In this document: piece after piece, positions 9,583-17,996 of the stretch
How positions within the stretch are numbered: position 1 is the first letter of the stretch
Layout of the letters: each line of letters opens with the position of its first letter
From: Patescibacteria group bacterium
GTDB lineage: Bacteria; Patescibacteriota; Minisyncoccia; Ryanbacterales; GWA2-47-10b
Length of the DNA: 64,000 nucleotides
Assembly: GCA_038064855.1 (NCBI GenBank)
Contig: JBBTSE010000007.1
Span: 151,699-215,698, forward strand
Direction: 5' to 3'
Translations under genes and position numbers: made by a program
The notes under the pieces: generated by a model
Told to the model about the DNA's origin: nothing
What the model saw: the letters and a program-made list of their open reading frames with translations, nothing else
Databases searched by the model: none

Positions 9583-9940
9583 AAATGATGAGATTTTTTA
9601 AAATATCCTTGCGTAATCGATTGCGTGGAATCATACCAGTGACCGCCTCGCGAAGCAACCGTGCCGGATCTTTGGTAAAGATATCGCGGTAGGTAGGAAT
9701 ACGGAGACCACCGTGGAAACCCGAATAACGCTCGTTGCCACCCTGATCCCATTTGCGACCAGAAAGGCGAATTTGACCCACATTCTTTACGATAACCTTT
9801 TGATTTGGTGCCACATGGCTTTCCCAATCAGTCGTACCTTTACCACGAATCAAAACAGCGACTTGCGAGGCAAGTCGACCAAGCGCCATACCGCGAGCGT
9901 CGATTGTGATATCAGTCTTTTTTGCTGTTTTCTGTGTCAT
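9563..9940 (-). CDS. rplM: 50S ribosomal protein L13
   Basis: L13-like sequence; start trimmed to MTQKTAKK. Confidence 0.9.
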   Translation of the reverse strand: MTQKTAKKTDITIDARGMALGRLASQVAVLIRGKGTTDWESHVAPNQKVIVKNVGQIRLSGRKWDQGGNERYSGFHGGLRIPTYRDIFTKDPARLLREAVTGMIPRNRLRKDILKNLIIYVTDEK

Positions 9941-9941
9941 A

Positions 9942-10292
9942 TTATTGGACGATACTGATATGAGCCATGGGCGCGGCGTCTGACTTGCGTATACCAATGT
10001 TGGTGATACGGAGATACCCGCCGTTGCGCGTGGTCATCTTGGGGACAATTTCTTTTTTGAGATGAGTAGCTGCATCTTTGCCGAGGGCTGCTACAACGGT
10101 GCGATGTCCGGCAAGCGTACCCTTCTTCTCGGTCGTGATCAAGCGTTCGAGTACGGGGCGGACAGCTTTTGCCTTGGCCTGGGTCGTGGTGATGGCGCTC
10201 TTCAAAACAATAGAACGGGCAAGCGAACGCAAGAGCGCCTCGCGTGGCCCCTTTTCTCGTTTTAAAACTTTACCGACACGACGATGTTGCAT
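9942..10292 (-). CDS. rplQ: 50S ribosomal protein L17
   Basis: MQHRRVGKVLKREKGPREALLRSLARSIVL matches the L17 N-terminus. Confidence 0.9.
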   Translation of the reverse strand: MQHRRVGKVLKREKGPREALLRSLARSIVLKSAITTTQAKAKAVRPVLERLITTEKKGTLAGHRTVVAALGKDAATHLKKEIVPKMTTRNGGYLRITNIGIRKSDAAPMAHISIVQ

Positions 10293-10301
10293 AGGAGTTG
10301 T

Positions 10302-11267
10302 TTAGTCTTCTTGATTAAGTGTTAAGCCAAAATTGCCAAGCTCACGATGTATTTCCTGCATGGCTTTTTCGCCAACGCCATCAAGCTCGCGAAGCTCGGT
10401 CTCGGTCTTGCGTGCGACATCACCAAGCTTAGTGAATCCGGCACGGGCAAGCGCATTGAGCGTATGGCTCGAAAGCTTTACATCTTCAAGTAATATACTG
10501 CCGTAATCGGTGTCGTCGCTGGCGGGTGCTGCGATTTCTTGTTTGCGCTCCGGTAGAATAGAAAGTACTTCGCCCTTCTCACCGAATGCGCGAAGTTCAC
10601 CCAATTGCCCGATAAGAATCTCGAGAGCAGAAGTAAATGCGTCTCGCGGGGTGATCGTGCCATCGGTGTCGATCGACATGATGAGCTTGTTGTAATCAGT
10701 CTCAGTACCGACACGCATATTTTCTACATGGTAGCTAACCTTACGAATGGGAGTAAAAATAGCATCAAGTACGATAGCACCTGCTTCTAACCGCTGGCTT
10801 TCGATTACTTCTTTGGGACGATATCCTACGCCACGCTCTACCGTCAGTTCGATAGAGAATGTCGCGCTTTTTTTGGTAAGAGTCGCAATATGCAAATCTT
10901 TGTTGATGATCTCAAGATTTGAAGAAGTCTTGATATCACCAGCTTTTATCTCACACTCGCCCTTGGCTTCAAACAAAATAGTCTCGGACTCTTCACTATA
11001 CATCTTGAAACGAAGCTGTTTGAGATTGAGGACAATCAAAAGCACATCTTCGAGCACGCCAGGAATGGTCGAAAACTCATGATTGATACCTTGGATTTTA
11101 ACGCGGGTTACGGCAGCGCCTGGCAGAGACGAAAAAAGGACGCGGCGCATCGCGTTGCCAATCGTCACACCGTATCCTGGGTGCAAACTCTCGATGATAA
11201 TATCAGCCTTGGTCGGAGTTTCGTTTTCGACATAGGGCCGTGAAGGAAGAAGTATTGTAGTATTCAT
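10302..11267 (-). CDS. rpoA: DNA-directed RNA polymerase alpha subunit
   Basis: 321 aa; alpha-NTD and CTD sequence; position in the alpha-operon. Confidence 0.95.
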   Translation of the reverse strand: MNTTILLPSRPYVENETPTKADIIIESLHPGYGVTIGNAMRRVLFSSLPGAAVTRVKIQGINHEFSTIPGVLEDVLLIVLNLKQLRFKMYSEESETILFEAKGECEIKAGDIKTSSNLEIINKDLHIATLTKKSATFSIELTVERGVGYRPKEVIESQRLEAGAIVLDAIFTPIRKVSYHVENMRVGTETDYNKLIMSIDTDGTITPRDAFTSALEILIGQLGELRAFGEKGEVLSILPERKQEIAAPASDDTDYGSILLEDVKLSSHTLNALARAGFTKLGDVARKTETELRELDGVGEKAMQEIHRELGNFGLTLNQED

Positions 11268-11295
11268 AAAATATTAAAAATGAGACTACCCCCTA

Positions 11296-11931
11296 TTAGC
11301 GGGAATAGTACTCCATAATAGACTTTACATCGTATAATCGTACCATATCTTCGACTTTTGGTAAAGAGCTCACAGTGCCTTCGTGCTTCTCGGGTACAAA
11401 CGAGAGCCACGAAGAAGTCTCGTGTTTTTTAAGTAACAATTCGATGTCGCGGAATACACCCTTGGCAGCAGAACTTTGTGCCATACCAATACGCTGACCT
11501 ACACTCAGACGATATGAAGGCACAAATACTTTTTTACCATCAACGGTGATGTGACCATGCGAAATGATTTGGCGCGCGACAGAACGAGAAACGGCAAAGC
11601 CGAGACGAAATACAGTATTGTCAAGACGCAATTCGAGTGCGGAGACAAATTTTTGGACTACATCACCACCATGACCCGCGAGCGCTTTCGCGACATAGTT
11701 AGAAAACTGGCGCTCGGAAACACTGTAGAGCAAACGGACACGCTGCTTTTCATGAAGTTGGCGAGAAAACTCAGACACTTCTTTTCTGCGCTTGGTACCA
11801 CCCTTACCATGAATACCGGGAGCATACGGCTTGCGGATCATCGCGCATTTTTGTGAATAACAACGCTCACCCTTTAAAAAGAGCTTTTCGCCTTGTCTCC
11901 GACATTTTTTACATTTTGAATCTTGTATCAT
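11296..11931 (-). CDS. rpsD: 30S ribosomal protein S4
   Basis: S4 N-terminal zinc-ribbon-like region and S4 RNA-binding domain. Confidence 0.9.
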   Translation of the reverse strand: MIQDSKCKKCRRQGEKLFLKGERCYSQKCAMIRKPYAPGIHGKGGTKRRKEVSEFSRQLHEKQRVRLLYSVSERQFSNYVAKALAGHGGDVVQKFVSALELRLDNTVFRLGFAVSRSVARQIISHGHITVDGKKVFVPSYRLSVGQRIGMAQSSAAKGVFRDIELLLKKHETSSWLSFVPEKHEGTVSSLPKVEDMVRLYDVKSIMEYYSR

Positions 11932-11955
11932 ATATGTTTATTGATAGGGTGGATG

Positions 11956-12381
11956 CTATACGCGACGAGGTTTTTTGAGACGCGGGATGCCGTGCGGGAT
12001 TGGCGTCATATCTCGAATAGAGCTGATAGCAAAACCTTTCTGACCGAATACACGAAGTGCCGACTCTCTACCCGAACCGAGCCCCTTGATACGAATATCA
12101 AGGTCAGTGACACCCATGTCGCGCGCCTGATCAGCTATGACTTCGGCAGCTTTCGTAGCGGCATACGGCGTGCCCTTCTTTGAACCGGAAAAGCCCATGC
12201 GTCCGCTCGAGTTTTGAGCAAAAAGATTACCTCGCGCATCAGTAAGAGAGATGAGTGTGTTATTGTAGGTTGCCGAAATATGCACAAGCCCATGCGCGAG
12301 TTTGCGGCGCGAGCTTGCGGCTTGACGCGGCGATGATGCCTCGCCTTCCCCTGATTTTCTGATGATACGCTTTTTGCCCAT
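11956..12381 (-). CDS. rpsK: 30S ribosomal protein S11
   Basis: C-terminus ...TPIPHGIPRLKKPRRV typical of S11. Confidence 0.9.
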   Translation of the reverse strand: MGKKRIIRKSGEGEASSPRQAASSRRKLAHGLVHISATYNNTLISLTDARGNLFAQNSSGRMGFSGSKKGTPYAATKAAEVIADQARDMGVTDLDIRIKGLGSGRESALRVFGQKGFAISSIRDMTPIPHGIPRLKKPRRV

Positions 12382-12387
12382 AGGATT

Positions 12388-12774
12388 TTATTTCTTATCA
12401 ACCTTACGCTTACCTGAACCCATCGTCACACGCTTGTTACCTCGGCGAGTGCGAGAGTTTGTCTTGGTGCGCTGACCACGCAATGGCAAGTTACGCATAT
12501 GGCGTGTACCGCGATACGCGCCCGTGTCTTTGAGACGCTTGATGTTGAGCAAGATCTCACGACGCAACGCGCCCTCAACCGCGTATTCTTTTTCGATGAT
12601 AGCGCGGAGACGAGCAGTCTCATCAGGGGTCAAATCTTTGGCTCGCTTGGTGTCTGAAATCTTTGCTTTCTCTAAAATGACGCGCGCCAAAGGACGGCCG
12701 ATGCCGTAGATGTATGAAAGGGAGATTTCTATTTTTTTGTTGTCGGGGATGTTAACCCCTGCGATGCGTGCCAT
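12388..12774 (-). CDS. rpsM: 30S ribosomal protein S13
   Basis: [27 protein letters not shown] matches S13. Confidence 0.9.
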   Translation of the reverse strand: MARIAGVNIPDNKKIEISLSYIYGIGRPLARVILEKAKISDTKRAKDLTPDETARLRAIIEKEYAVEGALRREILLNIKRLKDTGAYRGTRHMRNLPLRGQRTKTNSRTRRGNKRVTMGSGKRKVDKK

Positions 12775-12777
12775 ATA

Positions 12778-12891
12778 TTATCCTTGTCGTTGCTTATGTT
12801 TTGGAGTCTTACAAACAATAAAAAGGCGTCTCTGACGCTTGACCAGTTTGCAGTTATTACAAATTTTCTTTACTGATGCGCGTACTTTCAT
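12778..12891 (-). CDS. rpmJ: 50S ribosomal protein L36 (not in ORF track, 37 aa)
   Basis: Manual translation [37 protein letters not shown], canonical zinc-ribbon L36. Confidence 0.85.
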   Translation of the reverse strand: MKVRASVKKICNNCKLVKRQRRLFIVCKTPKHKQRQG

Positions 12892-12915
12892 TTGTCTTAC
12901 GTCTTAGATTCCAGG

Positions 12916-13131
12916 CTAGAGACGCTGGACAATACGACCCTTTTCCTTGTCATAAGGCGAGAATGCGATCCTCACCCGGTCGCCGACAAGAACTTTGATA
13001 TAATGGAAACGCATTTTTCCCGCGAGATGAGCCGATACCTCATCCTCGGAATTGTCGAGTTTCACCCTAAAAAGACCGCCCTTGAACGCTTCTAGTACAA
13101 CGCCTTCGCGCAGAGTCTTTTCATCTAGCAT
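12916..13131 (-). CDS. infA: translation initiation factor IF-1
   Basis: 71 aa S1-like OB fold, GKMRFHYIKVLVGDRV motif. Confidence 0.9.
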   Translation of the reverse strand: MLDEKTLREGVVLEAFKGGLFRVKLDNSEDEVSAHLAGKMRFHYIKVLVGDRVRIAFSPYDKEKGRIVQRL

Positions 13132-13177
13132 AGGAATATGTTCTCCATCATATCCGAGAGTTGATTTGATGTCAATA

Positions 13178-14452
13178 CTAGCGCACTTGGACGATAAGCT
13201 GACTGGAGCGAGAGGGTATGCGCTTGAGAAATGAGGGTCTAAAAGTCTCTTCTATATTCTTGATTCCTGGGTACAGAGTGAGGAGGCCCTTGATATCACT
13301 TACTTTTTTGGCGGCGAGCACTTTCTTGCGAAATTCATCAACAGGCACCGCCCCCTCAAAGACAATCTTACCCTGTACCGTACAAGAGATAGCGCTCTTT
13401 GCATAATCAAGCTTTGGCTTCTCACAAGAGAGTTTTGTGCCCACTGGCAAAGTAAAACTGGCGATCAACGCCTTATCTTCAAATAGGATATTAGCGAGCG
13501 CGGCCTGATAGGCGGCCCTGTCAACCGCCAAAACTTTTGCCTCTCCCCGTACCTCGCCAAAAAACTTATCTCCGGGAGCGCCAATGGGCGGATCAGTCAC
13601 GCGCAATGTGATGTTTGCCTCAATGGTATCAGGAAATATAACATACGGATCTTTCATTTCATCTGCGAGTTTTGTCGCCAAGTTCGCCTTTACCTTTTCC
13701 TCAAGACTCTTGAGAAGCGCTTCTGCCTCGGCTTTACCTACAACCTTACCCTGCCCGGCAGCTCCTCCTTTGATGTCGCCCGGCCCATCAGCGCGCGAAC
13801 GAGCATAAAACTTGTCATACTTTGGGGTGCCGGAAAATCCGGGGATTTTAAAATCAGAAAAACCTACATTATATTTTTCGCCTGGCGCATCGGCGGTTAT
13901 CTCAACCTCGACAGATCCTGGCTTGTCTCCTTTTTTACCCGGTACCACCACACGACTCTTGGCGCGGAATACCAGGCCTTTGCTAGTCTGAAAGCGTGTA
14001 TTCTGGACCAAAACCTGCGGCTCGGAAGAATAGTTATTATATACCAGCACTACGCCGGACGCGCGCTTGCTAAACGCCTCGACATTGGTGCTCACACCCT
14101 CACCTCGCTCAACGATTTCAGTCTTAAACTCCTTAGCGGTGACTGTGAGTGGGACACCCTCGCCCATATTGAAATTTCGTTCTTGTTTTCGGATGACAAG
14201 CGTAAGCGTTGACGACCACCAGATAGAAGCGCAAACAACAACAATAGCGCCAACAATGATAGCTGTTTGCCGTAAACCAAAACGGCGTGTTTTTTCACCC
14301 GTCGTATGATTTACTATTTTTTCATGACGCGGAGGAAGTGGATCGGATGAATGTTTTTTAGGAACAAGCATGGGCGACTTTTTGGTGCCACCCGCAGGAC
14401 GGATATCCGAAATAACGCGTTTTTGGTTGTTGCCAGAAGAAAACATACTCAT
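13178..14452 (-). CDS. single-pass membrane protein with large extracytoplasmic domain (possible PilN/PilO-like or division partner of the adjacent actin-like ATPase)
   Basis: 424 aa; cytoplasmic N-terminus, one TM (AIIVGAIVVVCASIWW), Gly/Lys-rich extracellular region; no recognisable motif. Confidence 0.35.
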   Translation of the reverse strand: MSMFSSGNNQKRVISDIRPAGGTKKSPMLVPKKHSSDPLPPRHEKIVNHTTGEKTRRFGLRQTAIIVGAIVVVCASIWWSSTLTLVIRKQERNFNMGEGVPLTVTAKEFKTEIVERGEGVSTNVEAFSKRASGVVLVYNNYSSEPQVLVQNTRFQTSKGLVFRAKSRVVVPGKKGDKPGSVEVEITADAPGEKYNVGFSDFKIPGFSGTPKYDKFYARSRADGPGDIKGGAAGQGKVVGKAEAEALLKSLEEKVKANLATKLADEMKDPYVIFPDTIEANITLRVTDPPIGAPGDKFFGEVRGEAKVLAVDRAAYQAALANILFEDKALIASFTLPVGTKLSCEKPKLDYAKSAISCTVQGKIVFEGAVPVDEFRKKVLAAKKVSDIKGLLTLYPGIKNIEETFRPSFLKRIPSRSSQLIVQVR

Positions 14453-15603
14453 TTAGTATAATAGCGTGTACTCGCGATAAGCGACATGAGACCAAAATCT
14501 CCGGGACCGTCGAATGCGCCAAAGGTACCAAATTTGTCTTGAAACGCTTCGGGTTGTATGACCGAGACATGAAGTCCACGCGCGAGATCGGGATGCAAGA
14601 GCGGTGGAGCAACGGCATTTTTCATATCACTCACAAGCGCACCGCCACCCAAAAAAAGCATTTTGACATCGCTCATGATGTCTCTAGAGGCGCGCTGCCA
14701 AATGCGTTCAAAAACTTCTTCCCATGATTTCATCTCTTTTTTTATAGTAGCACGAAGCTTTGCCGATGCATCTGCGGTTAGTGTATTGCCTGTGTATGCT
14801 TTGAGAAGCGTGAGCGCATTGTCCAGATCAACCCGCTGTGATTCTGAAATGCGCAACAAAATATTGAGTACTCCAAAAGGAAGCGACACAATCTCGGTGA
14901 TAACGCCATCTACTAAAAAAGTAACTTCGGTGAGCTCGCCTCCGATATCAACAATGATCACTGAGTGTTCGGGCGCAAGTGCCTCTTGCATCAAGAGCCA
15001 AGTAGTAATAGGAAAAGTTGAAAATCTGATATGAGCGTCAGGACGCGAGCTTTTGATGACCGAGGTAAAGGTGTCATAGAGTTCGCGTGAGGTACCCGCA
15101 AAATGAATCCATGACTCGATTTCTTCAGCGCTTTTACCAGTCGGCTGATCTACCCGATACCCATTGAGCAGTGAACGCATCAATACTTCTTCGATGATAA
15201 CCACATCGCCATGGCCGATATCAGCCAAAAATTTTTGCTGACCCTGATTGATAAAGCTTGCCGTATCTGCCTGTGTGACCACGCGCGGCTTGGGACGCTT
15301 TTCATAGACCCGTTCTGTTTTGCCAAGATAAAAGATAGATGAGAGCCCGACCACATAGATCTCAGGCATAATACCTTTGAGCTCGGTACCTGCATCTTTG
15401 AGAATGGCGGAAAATTGGCCCACGGTTGATTTACTAAAGTGCGAGGCGTCGCGCTTGAGCGAAGCCGTATAAAACTTACGAAAAATCTTAAGTACATGAG
15501 GACGCGGATCATCACCGCGAAGCTCAAAGAGCGCGGCACTCACTGATGCCGTGCCAATATCAAAAGCAAGACCAACCTTCTTTTGCGATTTGTGGAAAAA
15601 CAT
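14449..15603 (-). CDS. actin-fold ATPase of the FtsA/PilM family
   Basis: GLAFDIGTASVSAA phosphate-1 and IIVDIGGELTEV phosphate-2 motifs; start trimmed to MFFHKSQ, overlapping the alaS stop (TAATG). Confidence 0.5.
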   Translation of the reverse strand: MFFHKSQKKVGLAFDIGTASVSAALFELRGDDPRPHVLKIFRKFYTASLKRDASHFSKSTVGQFSAILKDAGTELKGIMPEIYVVGLSSIFYLGKTERVYEKRPKPRVVTQADTASFINQGQQKFLADIGHGDVVIIEEVLMRSLLNGYRVDQPTGKSAEEIESWIHFAGTSRELYDTFTSVIKSSRPDAHIRFSTFPITTWLLMQEALAPEHSVIIVDIGGELTEVTFLVDGVITEIVSLPFGVLNILLRISESQRVDLDNALTLLKAYTGNTLTADASAKLRATIKKEMKSWEEVFERIWQRASRDIMSDVKMLFLGGGALVSDMKNAVAPPLLHPDLARGLHVSVIQPEAFQDKFGTFGAFDGPGDFGLMSLIASTRYYTK

Positions 15604-17369
15604 TATGGCTCTATTGTAGCACGAATGCGACGAACGCCCGATGAAGACGCTTCTTCTTTTAGTATACGCAACTTTCCGATTTCGCGCGTGTGGGTAACAT
15701 GTGGCCCGCCACAAAACTCGCGCGAAAAGACCTCGGACTCGTCGGAAGTACCAAATGTGTAGACATTGACCTCAGCAGGATACTTTTCTTTGAAAAAATA
15801 GAGAGCGCCGGTTTTGACTGCCTCATCAAACGGCAAAAGCTTTTTAGTGACACTATAATCTTTCTCGATAGCGCCATTGATAAGATCTTCTACCGCCTTG
15901 AGCTCATCGGGAGTCACTTTACGGCCAAATGCAAAGTCAAAGCGCGTGCGTTCTACCGTGATATCGGAACCCATCTGATGTACCTCGGTACCGAGTACTT
16001 TGCGGAGCGAAGCCTGAAGTAAGTGTGTAGCTGAGTGAAGACGAGTCACTTTTTGGAGCTCGGTAGCGTCTTTTGCTTTGAGCTCGCCTGTATCGAGTAT
16101 CAAGCCGTGGCCGCCAAATTTTTTCTCAGCACCTTGGCGAGATTTTTCTTGGTGTTTTTTAAATTCTTCGTCAAATGCCTCGCGTTTGAGTACCGAGGCG
16201 CGCTCACCGCCAAGCTCTTTAATGATCTCGTAGGGCAACCCGAATGTCTCATACAAACGAAATGCTGACTGCGCATCAAGCGTTTGTATTTTTTCAAGCT
16301 CGCCAAGGCCTTTTTTAAGCGTACGCATAAAACGCTCGCGCTCGACCGTCACCTCGACGCGCACCGTGTCAGCTTTAGTGCCAAGATCTTTGTAGGTCTC
16401 GCCGTATTCATGCACAATATCGTGCACCAGTGCATCGACAATATGTACGGGCATTTTATAAAGCTCTTCGTAGGCAAACACCCGGCGCAACAGACGACGC
16501 AAAACATATCCCGCCTCTTTATTTGAAGGGCGCACACCGTCAGCGATCAAAAAAGCACTGCCACGGATATGATCAACGATCACTCGGCGCACACGCTCAT
16601 CAAACGCGTTTGGGACAAGCTCTAAAAATGGTGCAAATAGATCCGTCTCAAATAAATTGCGCTTTTTCTGCGCGATCATCACTAGGCGCTCGAGACCCAT
16701 ACCAGTATCAACGCCGGGAGTTTTGAGTGGTTCGAGCGCCTTGCCGGAAGTTTGAGCTAAAAGCTCTTCGCGTGAACCTGCGTAGAAAAACTGGTTAAAC
16801 ACGAGGTTCCATACCTCCACATCTTTACCACTAGCATTGGTACAGTAAATCTCTGTTGTAGGGCCACACGGGCCTGAGGTGCCTGTAGGGCCCCAAAATA
16901 CATCGTTAATACCCTCTTCACGAATATCTTTAATACCGAGTGCTTGCCACGCCGCACGAGACTCTTCGTCTTTGGGTACGCCGTGAGAACCTTCGAAGAT
17001 TGTGACATACGAAATCTCAAGACCAAGCTCGCGGGTTATAAATTCATAAGCAAACTTGATAGCACCTTCTTTGAGATACCCGCCAAATGAAAAGTTCCCG
17101 AGCATTTCAAAAAATGTCAGGTGTGTATCATCGCCCACCTCGTCGATGTCAGAGGTACGAAAACATTTTTGTGATGATGCGGTATTGAGTGATTTGAAGT
17201 CACGCATAGCGTCTGCCGCACCGGTATAATAGGGCTTGAACTGCTGCATGCCCGCGGTTGTCAGCAATACCGACGGGTCGTCGGGCAACAGCGAGCTTGA
17301 TGGCACCACCGTGTGGCCATTTTTTGCAAAAAAATGGAGAAATTTCTGCCGTATTTCCGAGCCTTTCAT
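15603..17369 (-). CDS. alaS: alanine--tRNA ligase, short form (catalytic + tRNA-binding + editing domains; no C-Ala domain)
   Basis: N-terminal class II AlaRS motifs (FLHFFAKNGHTVVPSSSL...); editing-domain HxxxH and CGGPHV; only 588 aa. Confidence 0.85.
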   Translation of the reverse strand: MKGSEIRQKFLHFFAKNGHTVVPSSSLLPDDPSVLLTTAGMQQFKPYYTGAADAMRDFKSLNTASSQKCFRTSDIDEVGDDTHLTFFEMLGNFSFGGYLKEGAIKFAYEFITRELGLEISYVTIFEGSHGVPKDEESRAAWQALGIKDIREEGINDVFWGPTGTSGPCGPTTEIYCTNASGKDVEVWNLVFNQFFYAGSREELLAQTSGKALEPLKTPGVDTGMGLERLVMIAQKKRNLFETDLFAPFLELVPNAFDERVRRVIVDHIRGSAFLIADGVRPSNKEAGYVLRRLLRRVFAYEELYKMPVHIVDALVHDIVHEYGETYKDLGTKADTVRVEVTVERERFMRTLKKGLGELEKIQTLDAQSAFRLYETFGLPYEIIKELGGERASVLKREAFDEEFKKHQEKSRQGAEKKFGGHGLILDTGELKAKDATELQKVTRLHSATHLLQASLRKVLGTEVHQMGSDITVERTRFDFAFGRKVTPDELKAVEDLINGAIEKDYSVTKKLLPFDEAVKTGALYFFKEKYPAEVNVYTFGTSDESEVFSREFCGGPHVTHTREIGKLRILKEEASSSGVRRIRATIEP

Positions 17370-17384
17370 AATGGGCAGTATAGC

Positions 17385-17933
17385 TTATTTGATTGATTTG
17401 ATAAACTCTTCGAGATGCTCGCCAACGAGTATCGCGTCAGCGCCCTTTTGGATATCAGTAAGTGCATGAATATTACTCGCCTGACAAAGCCAGCCGTCAC
17501 GCAATGCGCGCGCGTCGGCAAACGATTCTTTTTTAAGCTCTCCCGTCGCAAGATCGCGACTATTCCAAAGTACGCGATATTCTTGCGGTATTTTTTTGAG
17601 CGCATCCATATCTAATGGCTCAACAATAATTTTTTCAGAATATATGCTTGGTGTACGCCCCACCACCAGCACAAAGTCGGCTCCTAAAAGAGCTGCGCGG
17701 CGCACATCATCATCAGTCGCATGAATACCTTTGGCAAGTATCGGTTTTTGGGTAAGTTTGCGCGCCTTTGCCAGTAGCTCAAACGAGCCTCCCCAGCGCG
17801 GATCGGTATGAATCGAAAGCCAATCGCCGTGCGTATTGGCAATATCAAAAAGCTCCTCCCACGATTTTTGTGCCCGATACCCAAACGGTGACTGTGTTTT
17901 CACCTCGGCAATAAAAAGAGTGGAACCTATCAT
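17385..17933 (-). CDS. indole-3-glycerol-phosphate synthase (TrpC)-like protein, short
   Basis: LFIAEVKTQSPFGY and ILAKGIHATDDD resemble IGPS motifs (IAEFKRASPSKG, ILCKDFIID); only 182 aa. Confidence 0.4.
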   Translation of the reverse strand: MIGSTLFIAEVKTQSPFGYRAQKSWEELFDIANTHGDWLSIHTDPRWGGSFELLAKARKLTQKPILAKGIHATDDDVRRAALLGADFVLVVGRTPSIYSEKIIVEPLDMDALKKIPQEYRVLWNSRDLATGELKKESFADARALRDGWLCQASNIHALTDIQKGADAILVGEHLEEFIKSIK

Positions 17934-17949
17934 GTCTCTATTCTAGTAT

Positions 17950-17987
17950 AAAAAAGACCCCGCATCGTCTGAACGACTTTGCGGGGC
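17950..17987 (-). terminator. Rho-independent terminator after the helicase gene
   Basis: CCCCGCA...TGCGGGG hairpin followed by a T-run on the minus strand. Confidence 0.6.
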
Positions 17988-17996
17988 TGTTAGGTT

